64,000 nt of DNA, taken from NCBI GenBank assembly GCA_963771465.1, contig CAVYTU010000017.1, forward strand, positions 1-64,000, given 5' to 3'. The notes below the pieces were generated by a model that saw nothing but the letters and a program-made list of their open reading frames with translations, searched no databases and was not told where the DNA came from. The stretch comes from an uncultured delta proteobacterium. GTDB lineage: Bacteria > Desulfobacterota > Binatia > UBA9968. This document shows, one piece after another, positions 20,801 through 32,005 of the stretch (positions are counted from its first letter, which is position 1; each line of letters begins with the position of its first letter). Position numbers and translations under genes: made by a program.

Positions 20801-22495
20801 GGCGAAGGCGGCGAGTTACCGGGGCGAAAAGTTTATCCCTGGATTGCCAAGGTGCGTCACTCGACAACCGGTGTCGGTTTGATCTCGCCGCCGCCGCACC
20901 ATGATATTTATTCCATCGAAGATTTGGCGCAGTTGATTCACGATCTCAAGAACGCCAATCATCACGCCCGCATTAGCGTCAAGCTGGTTTCCGAGATCGG
21001 TGTCGGCACCATCGCCGCAGGCGTGGCCAAAGGCCACGCCGACGTGGTGCTGATCAGCGGCCACGACGGCGGCACCGGCGCTTCGCCGCAGACGAGCATC
21101 AAGCATGCCGGCCTGCCGTGGGAACTGGGCTTGGCGGAAACGCATCAGACGTTGGTGCTGAATAATTTACGCAGCCGCATCGCTGTGGAGACTGACGGCC
21201 AATTGAAAACCGGCCGCGATGTGGTCATCGCGGCGTTACTTGGCGCCGAAGAGTTCGGCTTTGCGACCACCGCGCTGGTCACGCTCGGCTGCATCATGAT
21301 GCGCGTGTGTCACCTCGACACCTGTCCGGTCGGCGTGGCGACGCAAAATCCCGAGCTGCGCGAGAAATTCGACGGCGACCCGTCCAGCGTGGTTAATTTT
21401 ATGCGCATGATCGCACAGGAGATGCGCGAGCATATGGCGAAGCTCGGATTTCGCACCATCAATGAAATGGTCGGGCGGGCGGATCGGCTTGAAGTACGCC
21501 GCGCCGTGGAGCACTGGAAGGCCAAGGGGCTCGACTACGCGGCGATCCTATATCAGCCGCAGGTTGGGCCGGAGGTGGGACGTTACTGTCAGATCGCCCA
21601 GAATCACGGCTTGGAAAATGCTCTCGACAACCAAGTATTGCTTGATCTGGCGGCGCCGGCGTTAGAACGCAAGGAAAAGGTCAAAGCGAAACTGGATATT
21701 CGCAACACCAACCGCGTCGTCGGCACCATCCTTGGCAGCGAGGTGACGCGCCGCTACGGCCCGCTAGGTTTGCCCCAGGACACGATCCATTTTCATTTTC
21801 AGGGTTCCGCCGGGCAGAGCTTCGGCGCATTTGTGCCCCCTGGCATGACGCTCGAACTCGAGGGCGATGCCAACGATTACTTCGGTAAAGGTTTGTCCGG
21901 CGGCAAAGTCATCTTGTATCCGGCCGAAGGATCGACGTTCACACCGGAAGAAAACATTATCGTCGGCAACGTCGCCTTCTACGGCGCGACCAATGGCGAA
22001 GCTTATATTCGCGGCATGGCCGGCGAGCGCTTCGCAGTGCGCAACAGCGGTGTACGCGCGGTGGTCGAAGGTGTCGGCGATCACGCCTGCGAGTATATGA
22101 CCGGCGGCCGGGTGATCATCATCGGCAAGACCGGTCGCAATTTCGCCGCCGGCATGTCCGGCGGTATCGCGTACGTGCTCGATGAAGACGGTACGTTCAA
22201 GAATCGTTGTAACTTGGATACCATCAGTCTCGAGGGGCTCGATGATCTCGACTTGCAAGAGGTGGAAGAATTACTCAAGCGCCACGCAATCTACACCCGC
22301 AGCGCGCGAGCGTGGCAATTACTGGCGCTCTGGGAAGAGACCGCGACCAAATTCGTGAAAGTGATGCCGAAGGATTATCGCCGCGTGCTTGAAGCACTGC
22401 GCGAGGCTGAAACCAAGGGGTTAGTCGGCGACGATGCACTGATGGCGGCGTTCGAGGCGAACAAGAATGACGCGTCGCGGGTGAGCGGAAACTAA
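17896..22495 (+). CDS. gltB: Glutamate synthase large subunit (one extra base near 18730-18733, probably an assembly error)
   Basis: [58 protein letters not shown]. Removing one base restores LAS(K/R)[11 protein letters not shown]. Confidence 0.97.
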
Positions 22496-22638
22496 ACCGC
22501 TAGCGGGCTGGCGGTTTAGCGTCCTGAGTCGTGAGTGCCGCGGTAATTGACAACCCAACCCGCAAAACTATTCGCCGTATTGTTGGAGAATTACGGCAAG
22601 TAAGTTTTCGATCGCCAAGAGAAAGAGAAGAATAAGCG

Positions 22639-24123
22639 ATGGGTAAACCAACTGGATTCATGGAAATCGAACGGGAACTGCCCGACGATCGTTCACCGTT
22701 AGAGCGGGTCAAGGATTGGAACGAGTTTCACGAACACTTTGCGGTAGCGAAACTGCAACAGCAGGGCGCGCGCTGCATGGATTGTGGCATTCCGTTTTGT
22801 CACACCGGCCAGTTGATCAGCGGCATGGCGTCTGGCTGTCCGGTCAACAATTTGATTCCGGAATGGAACGATCTCGTCTATCGCGGCTTGTGGCAGGAGG
22901 CGCTCCATCGCCTGCATGCGACCAATAACTTCCCCGAATTCACCGGCCGGGTCTGTCCGGCGCCCTGCGAAGGTTCCTGTGTGCTCGGGCTGAACGAATT
23001 GCCGGTGACGATCAAAAATATCGAAGCCGCGATCATCGACAATGGCTTCGCGCAAGGATGGGTGAACCCCGAGCCGCCGGAAAATCGTACCGGCAAAAGA
23101 GTTGCCGTAGTCGGCTCGGGCCCGGCAGGTTTGGCGTGCGCCGCACAGCTTAATCGGGCCGGCCACCTGGTTACCGTCTATGAGCGCGCCGACCGCATCG
23201 GCGGGCTACTCATGTACGGCATCCCGAACATGAAGCTCGACAAGAAATTCGTCCAGCGGCGCGTCGATCTGATGGCCGCGGAAGGCATCAGCTTCGTCAC
23301 CAACGCGCACATCGGCGTCGACCTGCCGGCCACCCAGCTGATCAATAATTTCGACGCTGTGGTGATCTGCACCGGCGCGACCAAGGCGCGTGATCTGCCG
23401 ATTCCCGGACGAGATCTGCAAGGCATTCACTTGGCGATGGATTTTCTCCGCGCCAATACCAAGAGTTTACTCGACTCCGAGCACAAAGACGGCAAGTACA
23501 TTTCTGCCAAAGACAAACATGTCATCGTCGTCGGTGGCGGCGACACCGGCACGGATTGTGTCGGTACTTCGATGCGCCACGGCTGCAAGAGTTTGACGCA
23601 GTTGGAAATCCTGCCGCGTCCCGCCGATACGCGACAGCCGGACAATCCCTGGCCCGAATGGCCGAAGGTTTACAAGCTCGATTACGGTCAGGAAGAAGTT
23701 GCCGCGCGCTTCGGTGCCGATCCCCGTGTCTATCTGACCACCGGCGAGAAATTTGTCGGCGACGAGAACGGCAACGTTCGGGAGATGCATATCTACGACG
23801 TGGAATGGACCAAGAACGAGCAAGGCGCATTTATTCCAAAACGGGTGCCCGGTTCGGACAAGGTACTGAAAGCCGATCTGGTATTGCTCGCCATGGGGTT
23901 CCTCGGGCCGGAAGAAATCGTGCTCACGCAGCTCGGCGTTGAGCGCGACCCGCGTTCTAACGCAAAGGCCGAGCACGGCCAATTCACCACCAACGTACGC
24001 GGTGTGTTCGCCGCCGGCGATTGCCGGCGCGGCCAAAGCCTGGTGGTTTGGGCGATCAATGAAGGCCGTGGCGCCGCGCGTCAGTGCGACCGCTACTTAA
24101 TGGGGCAGTCGAATTTGCCATAA
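22639..24123 (+). CDS. gltD: Glutamate synthase small subunit
   Basis: [46 protein letters not shown]. Confidence 0.97.
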   Translation: MGKPTGFMEIERELPDDRSPLERVKDWNEFHEHFAVAKLQQQGARCMDCGIPFCHTGQLISGMASGCPVNNLIPEWNDLVYRGLWQEALHRLHATNNFPEFTGRVCPAPCEGSCVLGLNELPVTIKNIEAAIIDNGFAQGWVNPEPPENRTGKRVAVVGSGPAGLACAAQLNRAGHLVTVYERADRIGGLLMYGIPNMKLDKKFVQRRVDLMAAEGISFVTNAHIGVDLPATQLINNFDAVVICTGATKARDLPIPGRDLQGIHLAMDFLRANTKSLLDSEHKDGKYISAKDKHVIVVGGGDTGTDCVGTSMRHGCKSLTQLEILPRPADTRQPDNPWPEWPKVYKLDYGQEEVAARFGADPRVYLTTGEKFVGDENGNVREMHIYDVEWTKNEQGAFIPKRVPGSDKVLKADLVLLAMGFLGPEEIVLTQLGVERDPRSNAKAEHGQFTTNVRGVFAAGDCRRGQSLVVWAINEGRGAARQCDRYLMGQSNLP

Positions 24124-24385
24124 GCGAGCCGCGCTGGGGGACGCTTGTCGCTCGTCGCAAAACCAGCACCTTCCTGTAGTCACGTCACCCATTTGAAACT
24201 TAGCGCCAGCCGCTGTCACTCCATGACAGGCTGTATTTCTTCGGCCAACGCAGTAGACGCAACGCTACGTCGTCATATCTAGGCACTGACTGTATTGACT
24301 TGACGCATTGTCAGCATTGTCAGCGCGATCGAGCATTTCGCCGCCTAATGAGGAAAGTGCCAAGTCCTTTTGTCATTCCTGCGAG

Positions 24386-24401
24386 TGGCATCGCCATTGC
24401 T
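24386..24401 (+). promoter_or_regulatory. sigma54 (-24/-12) promoter
   Basis: TGGCAT-CGCCA-TTGCT. Confidence 0.65.
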
Positions 24402-24455
24402 CTACAACCAGGGCAGAGGATCAGAGATTCTCCGGGAAACGGGTTTAGAAAATCC

Positions 24456-24552
24456 ACTCGCCTGAAAAAGCCAAACTCTCCGTGAGGGGAGGGCGGAAAG
24501 CCACGGATCAGATTGCCTTCTAAGTCTGACTGCCGAGCTGCCAAAAGCGAAT
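24456..24552 (+). promoter_or_regulatory. Cyclic di-GMP-I (GEMM) riboswitch
   Basis: AAG-CCAAAC-UCUCC-GUGA-GGGGAG-GGCGGAAAGCC…GAUC…GACUGCCGAGCUGCC, with P1 UCGC/GCGA. Matches GEMM architecture and lies in the 5' UTR of the 24592 gene. Confidence 0.85.
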
Positions 24553-24591
24553 CGTTAGAGGCTGAAACTTTGGCAAGCGTGGAGTTGGATT

Positions 24592-25272
24592 ATGAAACAA
24601 AGTACCGCTCAACGAGAAGATGTGTTTGACCACCAGCACGATTCCGCGCTGGTGGACGACTCATCCCCAGACGCGGAAGCGACAGGCTACGCGCGCGCGT
24701 TGCGGACCTTAGGTCTGATTCTTGAACAACACGCCTTTACCACGTTCGATCTCCGAGTCGAACACGGCAGCTGTGTTGTCGATGGTATTGTTCGGCGTCG
24801 CACTCTACGCCAAACGTCTTTGCTTGGAAAAATTCGCGACTTCTTCAGTGGGCCGGTGCAGGTTTCTCGTAACGGCGTCGAGGCGGTGAACTTGATACTT
24901 AAATTCACCCTGGCCGAGATCGCGGCGATGGAGACCCAAATGCGGCAACAACGGCGACAAACTAGCAAGATGCCCGACCCCTATGGCTTGTCGCAGATTC
25001 TTCGAGGGGTCGGCTGCTACCTTGACACACGAATCGGTAGCCAACTCATTGGCGTGACGATAAAAGATTGCTGGGTCACGATGGTTTACCGGACCAACGA
25101 TGGGCGGGTGGAGCGGGCGCACCAAGACTTTGAATATTTCTATAACTACGCGGTCAAAATGTATCTGCACCGGAGCAGTCGCGACAAGGGGCCGCCGTTG
25201 AGCGATCCAACGATAATCGTTACGTGGGAACACCGTCAGCAAACCCACAAGCTGTCGCACTTTAGCAAATAA
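24592..25272 (+). CDS. Hypothetical protein under riboswitch control, paralog of 6731-7219
   Basis: GGAG RBS; YARALRTLGLILE…LSQILRGVGCY. Confidence 0.75.
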   Translation: MKQSTAQREDVFDHQHDSALVDDSSPDAEATGYARALRTLGLILEQHAFTTFDLRVEHGSCVVDGIVRRRTLRQTSLLGKIRDFFSGPVQVSRNGVEAVNLILKFTLAEIAAMETQMRQQRRQTSKMPDPYGLSQILRGVGCYLDTRIGSQLIGVTIKDCWVTMVYRTNDGRVERAHQDFEYFYNYAVKMYLHRSSRDKGPPLSDPTIIVTWEHRQQTHKLSHFSK

Positions 25273-25399
25273 CGATCTTGATCCGGCGGGCGCATATATC
25301 GATTCTCCGGTAGCCGGTGAACTCCGCCGTGGGTAATTTGATCCAGCGATGTGCGCCTTATCGCAACGGATTGAATCTCGCTACGCAAAGCGCCCAAAC

Positions 25400-25892
25400 T
25401 CTCTACTCAATCCAAAGCGTGTTGAGATCGCCGATGTTCGGTAATAGGCCAAGGCCGATGCCGGATTGAAGAATGTTGTTTTGCGACTGGAAGAAGCTGT
25501 CGTCAGCCCCAATACCACCAGCGGCTGGAAAAATTGCTCGCCCATGCGCACGGTGCCCATGTAGATGCCAATGGCGACGCTAAAAAACATGGCGACGGTG
25601 GTGCCGACAAAGACGCGGCGCAAGCTTTGATACATGTGAAAGAAGAACGTGCCGTCGGAGAGCAACCGAATCGCTTCGTTCACCGTGCTGACCGGACTCG
25701 GCAGCAGCCGCGGGTAAATCAAATAGAGCGACCACCAAATGGCGATCACGCTCGTCACGGCAACGAGCGGCGGCAATATTCTAGCGAGCAAATCCCGGCC
25801 AAACGAGTGAGCGAAGGTTGGAATGGTTTCGACGCCGGCGACACCGGTTGGCGATCTGTCCCATGCGGTTGGGTTGTTGGAATCGAACACCA
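25400..25892 (-). pseudogene. Truncated NitT/TauT ABC permease, 5' half
   Basis: LLPSPVST…HMYQSLRRV…AIGIYMG…FQPLV, then an abrupt break near 25500. Confidence 0.65.
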
Positions 25893-25997
25893 TTGGGGCT
25901 ATTGGTGCAATGGCATCGGGAGCGAAGTCAAACATCGGGATTGAGACAGAAGTTTTGCTTAGACTTCGACAATTTTTTCGAGGATGGAGGATCGAGT

Positions 25998-27110
25998 ATG
26001 GTAAACTCATTTGCAGCGCGGCCGATGAATGAAGTGAAAGAAGAGTTGCTCGGCAGAGCCAAGGGAAATCGCAATCCGTTTCTCTACACCATTTATGAGG
26101 AAGTGGCGCCGGTGATCGACGGCTTGGGTTCCGTCGATCGCGAAGAATGGGCACGGGCATTCAGCTCGTTGGCGGCGCCCCATGAGGAGCGGGCGGCCAA
26201 GGCAGCAGCCGCAGGCGATAATGCCACGGCGCGGCAGGAATATCTGATCGCCTACGATTGCTATCATGTCGCGCGCTATCCGGCGCCCAATTCACCCGGA
26301 AAGTTGGCGGCGTATCGCAAGTCGCAGATCAATTTTCACAAAGCGGCGAAATTGTTCGATCCGCCAATGGAGCGGGTTGAGATGCCGTTCAAGGGAAATG
26401 CTGGCGAAGGCGCCGTATCCATCGGTCTCTTGCGTAAACCGAAAGGTGTGACCCAACCGCCGGTTGTGGTGCTGTGGGGCGGCATCGACGCGTTCAAAGA
26501 AGAGCGGCCGAGCGATCCCTACCTCGCTGCGGGACTGGCTATCTTGGCAATCGACATGCCCGGCGTTGCCGATGCGCCGCTGGCCGGCTCGGAAAACGGC
26601 GAGCGGTTGTGGAATGCGGTGTTCGATTACATCGCGAGTCGCAGCGACTTGGACGCCAGCCGGATCGGTATTCACGGCGGCAGCACCGGCGGTTATTGGG
26701 CAACCAAAGTCGCGCACACGCATCACGAGCGATTGCGCGCCGCCGTCAATCAAGGCGGCCCGGCGCACTTCGCCTTCCAAAAAGATTGGATCGTCAAAGC
26801 GCAGCGCGGTGAGTATCCGTTCGAGCTTGCCGAAACGCTGGCCTGCGCCTTCGGCCGCTCCAGCGGCGAAGAATGGATCGAGTACGCGCCGAAATTATCG
26901 CTCCTCGATCAGGCCATACTCGACCAGCCCTGCGCGCCGTTGCTGTGCGTCAACGGCATCGACGATAGCGTGTTTCCCATCGCTGATATGTACCTGCTGT
27001 TGGAACATGGCCGTCCGAAGTCGTCGCGATTTTATCACAGCGGCCACATGGGCGGCGGCAATTCGCAGTCGGTGATCGTGCAGTGGTTGAAAGAGCAGCT
27101 GGCGGCGTGA
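25998..27110 (+). CDS. Alpha/beta hydrolase (FrsA/DUF1100-like)
   Basis: GGIDAFKEE, IDMPG, GGSTGG nucleophile elbow, NGIDD, GHMG; GGAGG RBS. Confidence 0.85.
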   Translation: MVNSFAARPMNEVKEELLGRAKGNRNPFLYTIYEEVAPVIDGLGSVDREEWARAFSSLAAPHEERAAKAAAAGDNATARQEYLIAYDCYHVARYPAPNSPGKLAAYRKSQINFHKAAKLFDPPMERVEMPFKGNAGEGAVSIGLLRKPKGVTQPPVVVLWGGIDAFKEERPSDPYLAAGLAILAIDMPGVADAPLAGSENGERLWNAVFDYIASRSDLDASRIGIHGGSTGGYWATKVAHTHHERLRAAVNQGGPAHFAFQKDWIVKAQRGEYPFELAETLACAFGRSSGEEWIEYAPKLSLLDQAILDQPCAPLLCVNGIDDSVFPIADMYLLLEHGRPKSSRFYHSGHMGGGNSQSVIVQWLKEQLAA

Positions 27111-27194
27111 CGAGACGCAAGAGGAAGTCGATTCGAATTCGGTTGGACGGAGTTCACGCCTGGGGTAAAGACGCTTCAGTGCCAAGGCAAATAT

Positions 27195-27698
27195 CTAGCG
27201 ACTATTCTGCTGCTGGCGCAGCCTGTCCAAATCTTGCTGTGATTGATTGCGTTGAATCTGATCTTGCAGCGAGCGGATCTGTTGCTGGCGCTGCAAGTCA
27301 TTTAATTGCTGCTGTTGGCGCACCGGGTCGGTTTCGCGTTGGATACGGTTGATCTGCTGGTCGGATTGCAACCGTTGTAGCTGCTGGTCGTTTCTCAACT
27401 GATCTAGTTGCTGCTGTGTTTGGGTTGCTTGCGGCTTCTGTGTTTCCGCTGGCGCCTCGTCTTTTTGTCGCTTGATCTGATCCAGTTGTTGTTGCGCCTG
27501 ACTCGATTGCTGGTCTCGTTTCAAGTTTTCGAGCTGTTCCTGTTGTTTGGCCGCTTTGATTTTCTCTTCCTGGCGCGCCTTGGTTTGCTCACGCAAGATT
27601 TCTTCGAGCTGATCGCTTGCGGCTGGTACGGAACGCACTGTCAACGCTGGCGTCAGGATTGTGATCATCAGCACGGCGAATGGTCTAAACTTCATCAC
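27195..27698 (-). CDS. Secreted glutamine-rich coiled-coil protein
   Basis: Signal peptide plus repeated QQQLDQ-like units. Confidence 0.65.
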   Translation of the reverse strand: MMKFRPFAVLMITILTPALTVRSVPAASDQLEEILREQTKARQEEKIKAAKQQEQLENLKRDQQSSQAQQQLDQIKRQKDEAPAETQKPQATQTQQQLDQLRNDQQLQRLQSDQQINRIQRETDPVRQQQQLNDLQRQQQIRSLQDQIQRNQSQQDLDRLRQQQNSR

Positions 27699-27701
27699 GA
27701 C

Positions 27702-28079
27702 CTACCTTTCAATCAACGAGCTGATGGCAGCATGGAGAAATCCACCAGCTTCTCCGGATCGAGTTCTTCGGGAATCGGCCGTTCCTCGCGCAGCAGGCTC
27801 AGATAACCGCGGACCTTTTTCATATGCATCGCGCGTCGGGCGAGAAAATACGGTGATGGTGTCGTAAGACCGTTCAGCTTCGTTCTGGCTGATCCGATAG
27901 CGCGTAGCGATTATCTTCACGGCTTCGCTGCGATTGGCCCGTTGCCAAGCTGCCGCTTCCAGGACCGCGCTGATGGTGCGGCGGATTCGTTCGCGACGGC
28001 CCGGCTCTCCGCTTGCGAGCTGTTTAGATTTTTTGTCGATGTAACGCTGCCAGAGGACTTTGAAGCCATGTTTAGCCAT
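27702..28079 (-). pseudogene. Chimeric remnant (amidohydrolase-like start plus ABC binding-protein C-terminal fragment)
   Basis: MAKHGFKVL-WQRYIDKK followed by RRTISAVLEAAAW…EAVKIIA…EAERSYD. Confidence 0.4.
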
Positions 28080-28115
28080 GGAGTCCTCTGGCTTGAACAT
28101 TGTGAACCCGTTTTT

Positions 28116-29063
28116 TCATTTTACGTCCGGATGAGTCGAAATATACTTGCCGGATCGCTCCGGGTCCACACCCTCGGCTCGGAGCGCGATTTGTGCCGCC
28201 TCTTCCTGAAGTTTGAATGTCACCGTGTACGCCGATTTATCGCCCCAACCACGATTGATCCCTTCGATCAGTTTCTGTTCGGTGATGTTCGCCAGCGGCA
28301 GGGAAACGTTAAGCTCGCGTCCCAACGCCGTGGCGAGGCCGACGTCTTTGCGCAGTAACTTGAGCGGGAAGGTATCGGTTTCGTAATGATCGCGAAAGAC
28401 GTTTTGCGGCACCTGGGCATGGAGCACGTGCATCCTTCCGACCATGCCGCGGCGCACACATTCCCAGAGCGATGTAACATCGACGCCCGCTTTCACTCCC
28501 AAAGTCAGCCCTTCGGCGATCGCTTGGGAGATCGTGCTGTTGATCATCTGATGCACGAGCTTGCAGATGCTGCCCGAACCGAGCGGGCCGGCGTAACGCA
28601 CCTGATCGCCGAATGCGTTGAACACCGGTTTGGCGCGCTCGAATATGTCCGGCGGGCCGCCGACCATAATTTCATGTATGCCCCGGGCCGCGCCGGGTTG
28701 TCCCGAGGCGACCGGAGCATCGAGGACGTGAGCGCCTTTGGCGGCATAAATAGGTTCCAACTTTCGCATCAGTGCCGGCGGGCCGGTCGAGATGTCGATG
28801 TAGATCGCGCCGGGTTTTATGCCATCGACAAGTTGCCGCGCTATTTGTTCGATGTCCTGGGGCATTGGCAGCGCGGTAATGATCACATCGCATAGCCCAG
28901 CAAGCTCGGCGGCCGACGTGGCGACTGTCGCGCCGCGCTCTTGAAAGGGACGCACCGCCTCCGGGCGCAGATCGTAGACAACCAGGGGAAATCCGGCGCT
29001 CTGAATGTGGCCCGCGACGGGACCGCCCATGTTGCCGAGGCCGATGAAGCCGACTATTTCCAT
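28116..29063 (-). CDS. NAD(P)-dependent oxidoreductase, beta-hydroxyacid dehydrogenase family
   Basis: GFIGLGNMG, DAPVASG, GSGSICKLVHQ, KDVGLA. Confidence 0.9.
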   Translation of the reverse strand: MEIVGFIGLGNMGGPVAGHIQSAGFPLVVYDLRPEAVRPFQERGATVATSAAELAGLCDVIITALPMPQDIEQIARQLVDGIKPGAIYIDISTGPPALMRKLEPIYAAKGAHVLDAPVASGQPGAARGIHEIMVGGPPDIFERAKPVFNAFGDQVRYAGPLGSGSICKLVHQMINSTISQAIAEGLTLGVKAGVDVTSLWECVRRGMVGRMHVLHAQVPQNVFRDHYETDTFPLKLLRKDVGLATALGRELNVSLPLANITEQKLIEGINRGWGDKSAYTVTFKLQEEAAQIALRAEGVDPERSGKYISTHPDVK

Positions 29064-29309
29064 GTCAACTCCTATTGATCCTAATGATAGCTCAGTTTAT
29101 AGGGATAGAGGCAGCTGGGTGTCAATCAGCGGTCTCGCAATGCAGCTTTTGTCGCGCCCATCACTGCGGACTCCTAGCATGGTTCGATTACAAGTCGGCA
29201 AGTTAGCGATGTCGATTGGTCGCTAAGTTTCTGGAGACGCAAAGACTATGAATATTTTGCCGTGCCCGAATTTCGAAAAAGATAATTTAAAAGGCAAATA
29301 GGAGTACGC

Positions 29310-30296
29310 ATGGGTCACATGGAAAATGGTAAATGGGTGAACGATGACCGCATCACGGCGGATCTGCGCGGCCATTTCGTGCGCGCGGACTCGCAATTTC
29401 GTAGCTGGGTGACGGCCGACGGCAGTGCCGGGGCTTCAGGCTCTGGCGGTTTCAAGGCCGAGCCGGGGCGTTATCATCTTTACGTTTCCTACAATTGCCC
29501 GTGGGCGCATCGAACGATAATCTTTCGCAGGTTGAAACAGCTCGAAGGCGTGGTCTCGATGTCGCTCGCCGATAAGCCGAAGATAGCGGGTTGGGCCTAC
29601 GGCGCGGCGATCGATGATTTCCATCCCGAAGCCGACGGCGTTTTTCGGCTGCACCAGGTTTACGCCGCGGCGGATGCCGACTATACCGGCAAAGTGACGG
29701 TGCCGACACTATGGGATCGCGAGCGGCGCACGATCGTGAATAACGAATCGTCGGAAATCATTCGCATGTTCAACACGGGCTTTCGTGCGCACACGAGCAT
29801 AAATTACGATTTCTATCCTGAAGCGCTGCGGGGCGAGATAGATCGAATCAACGAATTCGTCTACGGCCATTTTAACAACGGCGTTTACCGCGCCGGCTTC
29901 GCCCGCAGCCAAGAGGCTTACGACGAGGCGGTGAAGAAAGTATTTGTCTGTTTGGATCAGATGGAGCAGTGGCTGGGCGAGCGGCGCTACTTAACCGGTG
30001 ATCGGATCACGGAAGCCGATTGGCGCGCGTTTCCGACGTTGCTTCGCTTCGATCCGGTCTATCACGGACACTTCAAATGCAACCTGCGTCGGGTCCAGGA
30101 CTATCCAAATTTGACAAACTATTTGCGCGAGCTCTACCAGTGGCCGGGGATCAAAGAGACGTTCGATTTACAAAAAACCAAGGCGGGTTACTACAGCCAG
30201 CTAAACGTCAACCCAACCGGCATCGTGCCGCTCGGGCCGGACATGAGCCATCTCGATTTGCCGCACGACCGCGCGCGGCTGGCCTCAGCCGTTTAA
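29310..30296 (+). CDS. yqjG: Glutathionyl-hydroquinone reductase (omega/xi-class GST)
   Basis: RYHLYVSYNCPWAHR, VTVPTLWD, NNESSEIIRM, NNGVYRAGFA, NPTGIVP. Confidence 0.9.
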   Translation: MGHMENGKWVNDDRITADLRGHFVRADSQFRSWVTADGSAGASGSGGFKAEPGRYHLYVSYNCPWAHRTIIFRRLKQLEGVVSMSLADKPKIAGWAYGAAIDDFHPEADGVFRLHQVYAAADADYTGKVTVPTLWDRERRTIVNNESSEIIRMFNTGFRAHTSINYDFYPEALRGEIDRINEFVYGHFNNGVYRAGFARSQEAYDEAVKKVFVCLDQMEQWLGERRYLTGDRITEADWRAFPTLLRFDPVYHGHFKCNLRRVQDYPNLTNYLRELYQWPGIKETFDLQKTKAGYYSQLNVNPTGIVPLGPDMSHLDLPHDRARLASAV

Positions 30297-30301
30297 GATT
30301 G

Positions 30302-30388
30302 TTGGCCGCAAAGAACGCAAAGTTCGCAAAAAAAATCTTCGTTATCTTAGAAATTTAACTTTGCGCCCTTTGCGTTCTTTGCGGCTAA
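30302..30388. repeat. Palindromic intergenic element (gccgcaaagaacgcaaag…ctttgcgttctttgcggc)
   Basis: Long imperfect inverted repeat between convergent genes. Partial copy near 42390. Confidence 0.75.
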
Positions 30389-30413
30389 TCGTCCTCAAGC
30401 CAGCACGAAGCGG

Positions 30414-30833
30414 CTAAATGCGATTGACGCTCTGCGGGCCGACTTTTTCGATATTGACGCGGATGATGACGCGCTTCTCGTCTTGCATCTGTTTCTTGTA
30501 GTCGTTCCAGTTTTTGTGCTCGCCGCGCACTTGCTTGTACCAGTAGACCAAGGCGTCGATGGCTTCAGGTTGGTCGACGATTTCGGCGGTGCCGTGGATT
30601 TGCACGAACTTCGAACCGCTGTACTGTTCGCCGAAGATCAGCATCGAGACGCGCGGGTCGCGGCGAATATGCTTGACCTTATACGTCGTACCGCGGGAGG
30701 TCATGAGCACGCGGCCCTGCGCATCGATCCCCGGTGTGACGAGTGTCATCTGCGGCGAGCCGTCTTTTTGCCGGACGGCGATACAGGCGCGGTGGTTTTG
30801 TTGCAGGAATGCTTTCGCTTGGGCGATTTCCAT
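30414..30833 (-). CDS. PPOX-class (pyridoxamine oxidase-like, putative F420-dependent) oxidoreductase
   Basis: DGSPQMTLV, KVKHIRRDPRVS, QIHGTAE, RVIIRV. Confidence 0.85.
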   Translation of the reverse strand: MEIAQAKAFLQQNHRACIAVRQKDGSPQMTLVTPGIDAQGRVLMTSRGTTYKVKHIRRDPRVSMLIFGEQYSGSKFVQIHGTAEIVDQPEAIDALVYWYKQVRGEHKNWNDYKKQMQDEKRVIIRVNIEKVGPQSVNRI

Positions 30834-30857
30834 TGTGACCTCCCGAGTTAATTTGAA

Positions 30858-31097
30858 TTACCCATGTCCGTTTGAACCCCAGAGCTTGCCGTCAATCCAC
30901 AGCTTCGCCAGTTCGAATCCGTAGGTGTCGGCTTGCCTCTCGGTATCGAACGTCGCGCGGCGCCGGCCGTAGATCGGAATGCGCACTTCTTTCTTGTGCG
31001 CCATGACCACGATCGTGGCGCGCGCGACCCATTCGCCGGTGCGAATCTCTTCGGCGTCAAGCTCGACGCGATGATCACGATAGGTTCGTGTGCGCAT
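30858..31097 (-). CDS. Hypothetical protein
   Basis: 79-aa ORF ending AKLWIDG, in line with its neighbours. Confidence 0.6.
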   Translation of the reverse strand: MRTRTYRDHRVELDAEEIRTGEWVARATIVVMAHKKEVRIPIYGRRRATFDTERQADTYGFELAKLWIDGKLWGSNGHG

Positions 31098-31141
31098 TTT
31101 TTAGATTTTAATGTACACGTTTACTTCAACGTGCCTGGGGC

Positions 31142-31973
31142 TTAGATGCTCACTTTACCACCGTTCAACTTGATCCCCAGCGCCGCCAGCGCTTCGACGA
31201 CCGGAATCTCGGCGCCGAGGGATTTGCCGACTTCGGCGGCGAGCGGCAGGTCTTTGTCGTAGAGATTGGTGCCTGGATTGAACGTCATTTCATTACCGTT
31301 GAGCTGGTAGCGGGTTTCCCAGCGTTCCAGAATATTCGCCGACTTGGTTTTCTGCATGAGATCGAGGGCAGCCTTGTAGCCGATGCCGCCGGCTTTGGCG
31401 ATTTGCAGCGCTTCGTATACGATCAAGGCCTCCGAGGCGGTGACCATGTTTTTGAACAGCTTGGTGACGTTGCCGCAGCCGAGCGGCCCCATGTGCACGG
31501 CGTCTTTAGCCATATTCATCAAATGCGGTTTGGCGCGATCAAAAAATGCTTTCTGGCCACCGACTAGAAAAGTCAGGCCGCCTTGGCGCACGACGTTGGG
31601 CACCGCGGTCATGCAGGCGTCGATGACGTTCACCCGTTTGTCGGCCGCGGCCTGAGCGACTTTCTTGGTCGTGGTCGGACGGATGGTGCTGTGCAGCAAG
31701 ACCAGCGAACCGGGCGCTGCGCCTTCGACGACGCCATTTTCTCCTAACATGCAATGCGATCACTTCTTGATCGGTGCGCACGACGACGTCGATGATCGTG
31801 CAAGCCTGGGCTACTTCCTTCGCCGAGTTCAATGGCTGTGCGCCCTCGGCGCGCGCCGCTTCCTGCGCCTTGGGTGCGATATCGAAAGATACGGCCGAAA
31901 CATTCGCCAGTTTCAATCGTGAGAGCAGCGCGCTGCCCATGGCGCCGGTGCCGACAAAACCATATTTTTCCAT
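31142..31973 (-). CDS. NAD(P)-dependent oxidoreductase, beta-hydroxyacid dehydrogenase family (frameshift near 31755)
   Basis: GFVGTGAMG N-terminus and HSTI/GCGNVTKL/KDL C-terminus lie in two frames, joined by removing one base. Confidence 0.85.
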
Positions 31974-32005
31974 TTCAATCTCCTTCCTGAGCTAATGGCA
32001 CATAT

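Noticed and set aside
17845-24059. Long antisense ORFs over gltB and gltD (and similar ones elsewhere)
   Set aside because: Shadow ORFs expected from GC-rich codon bias.
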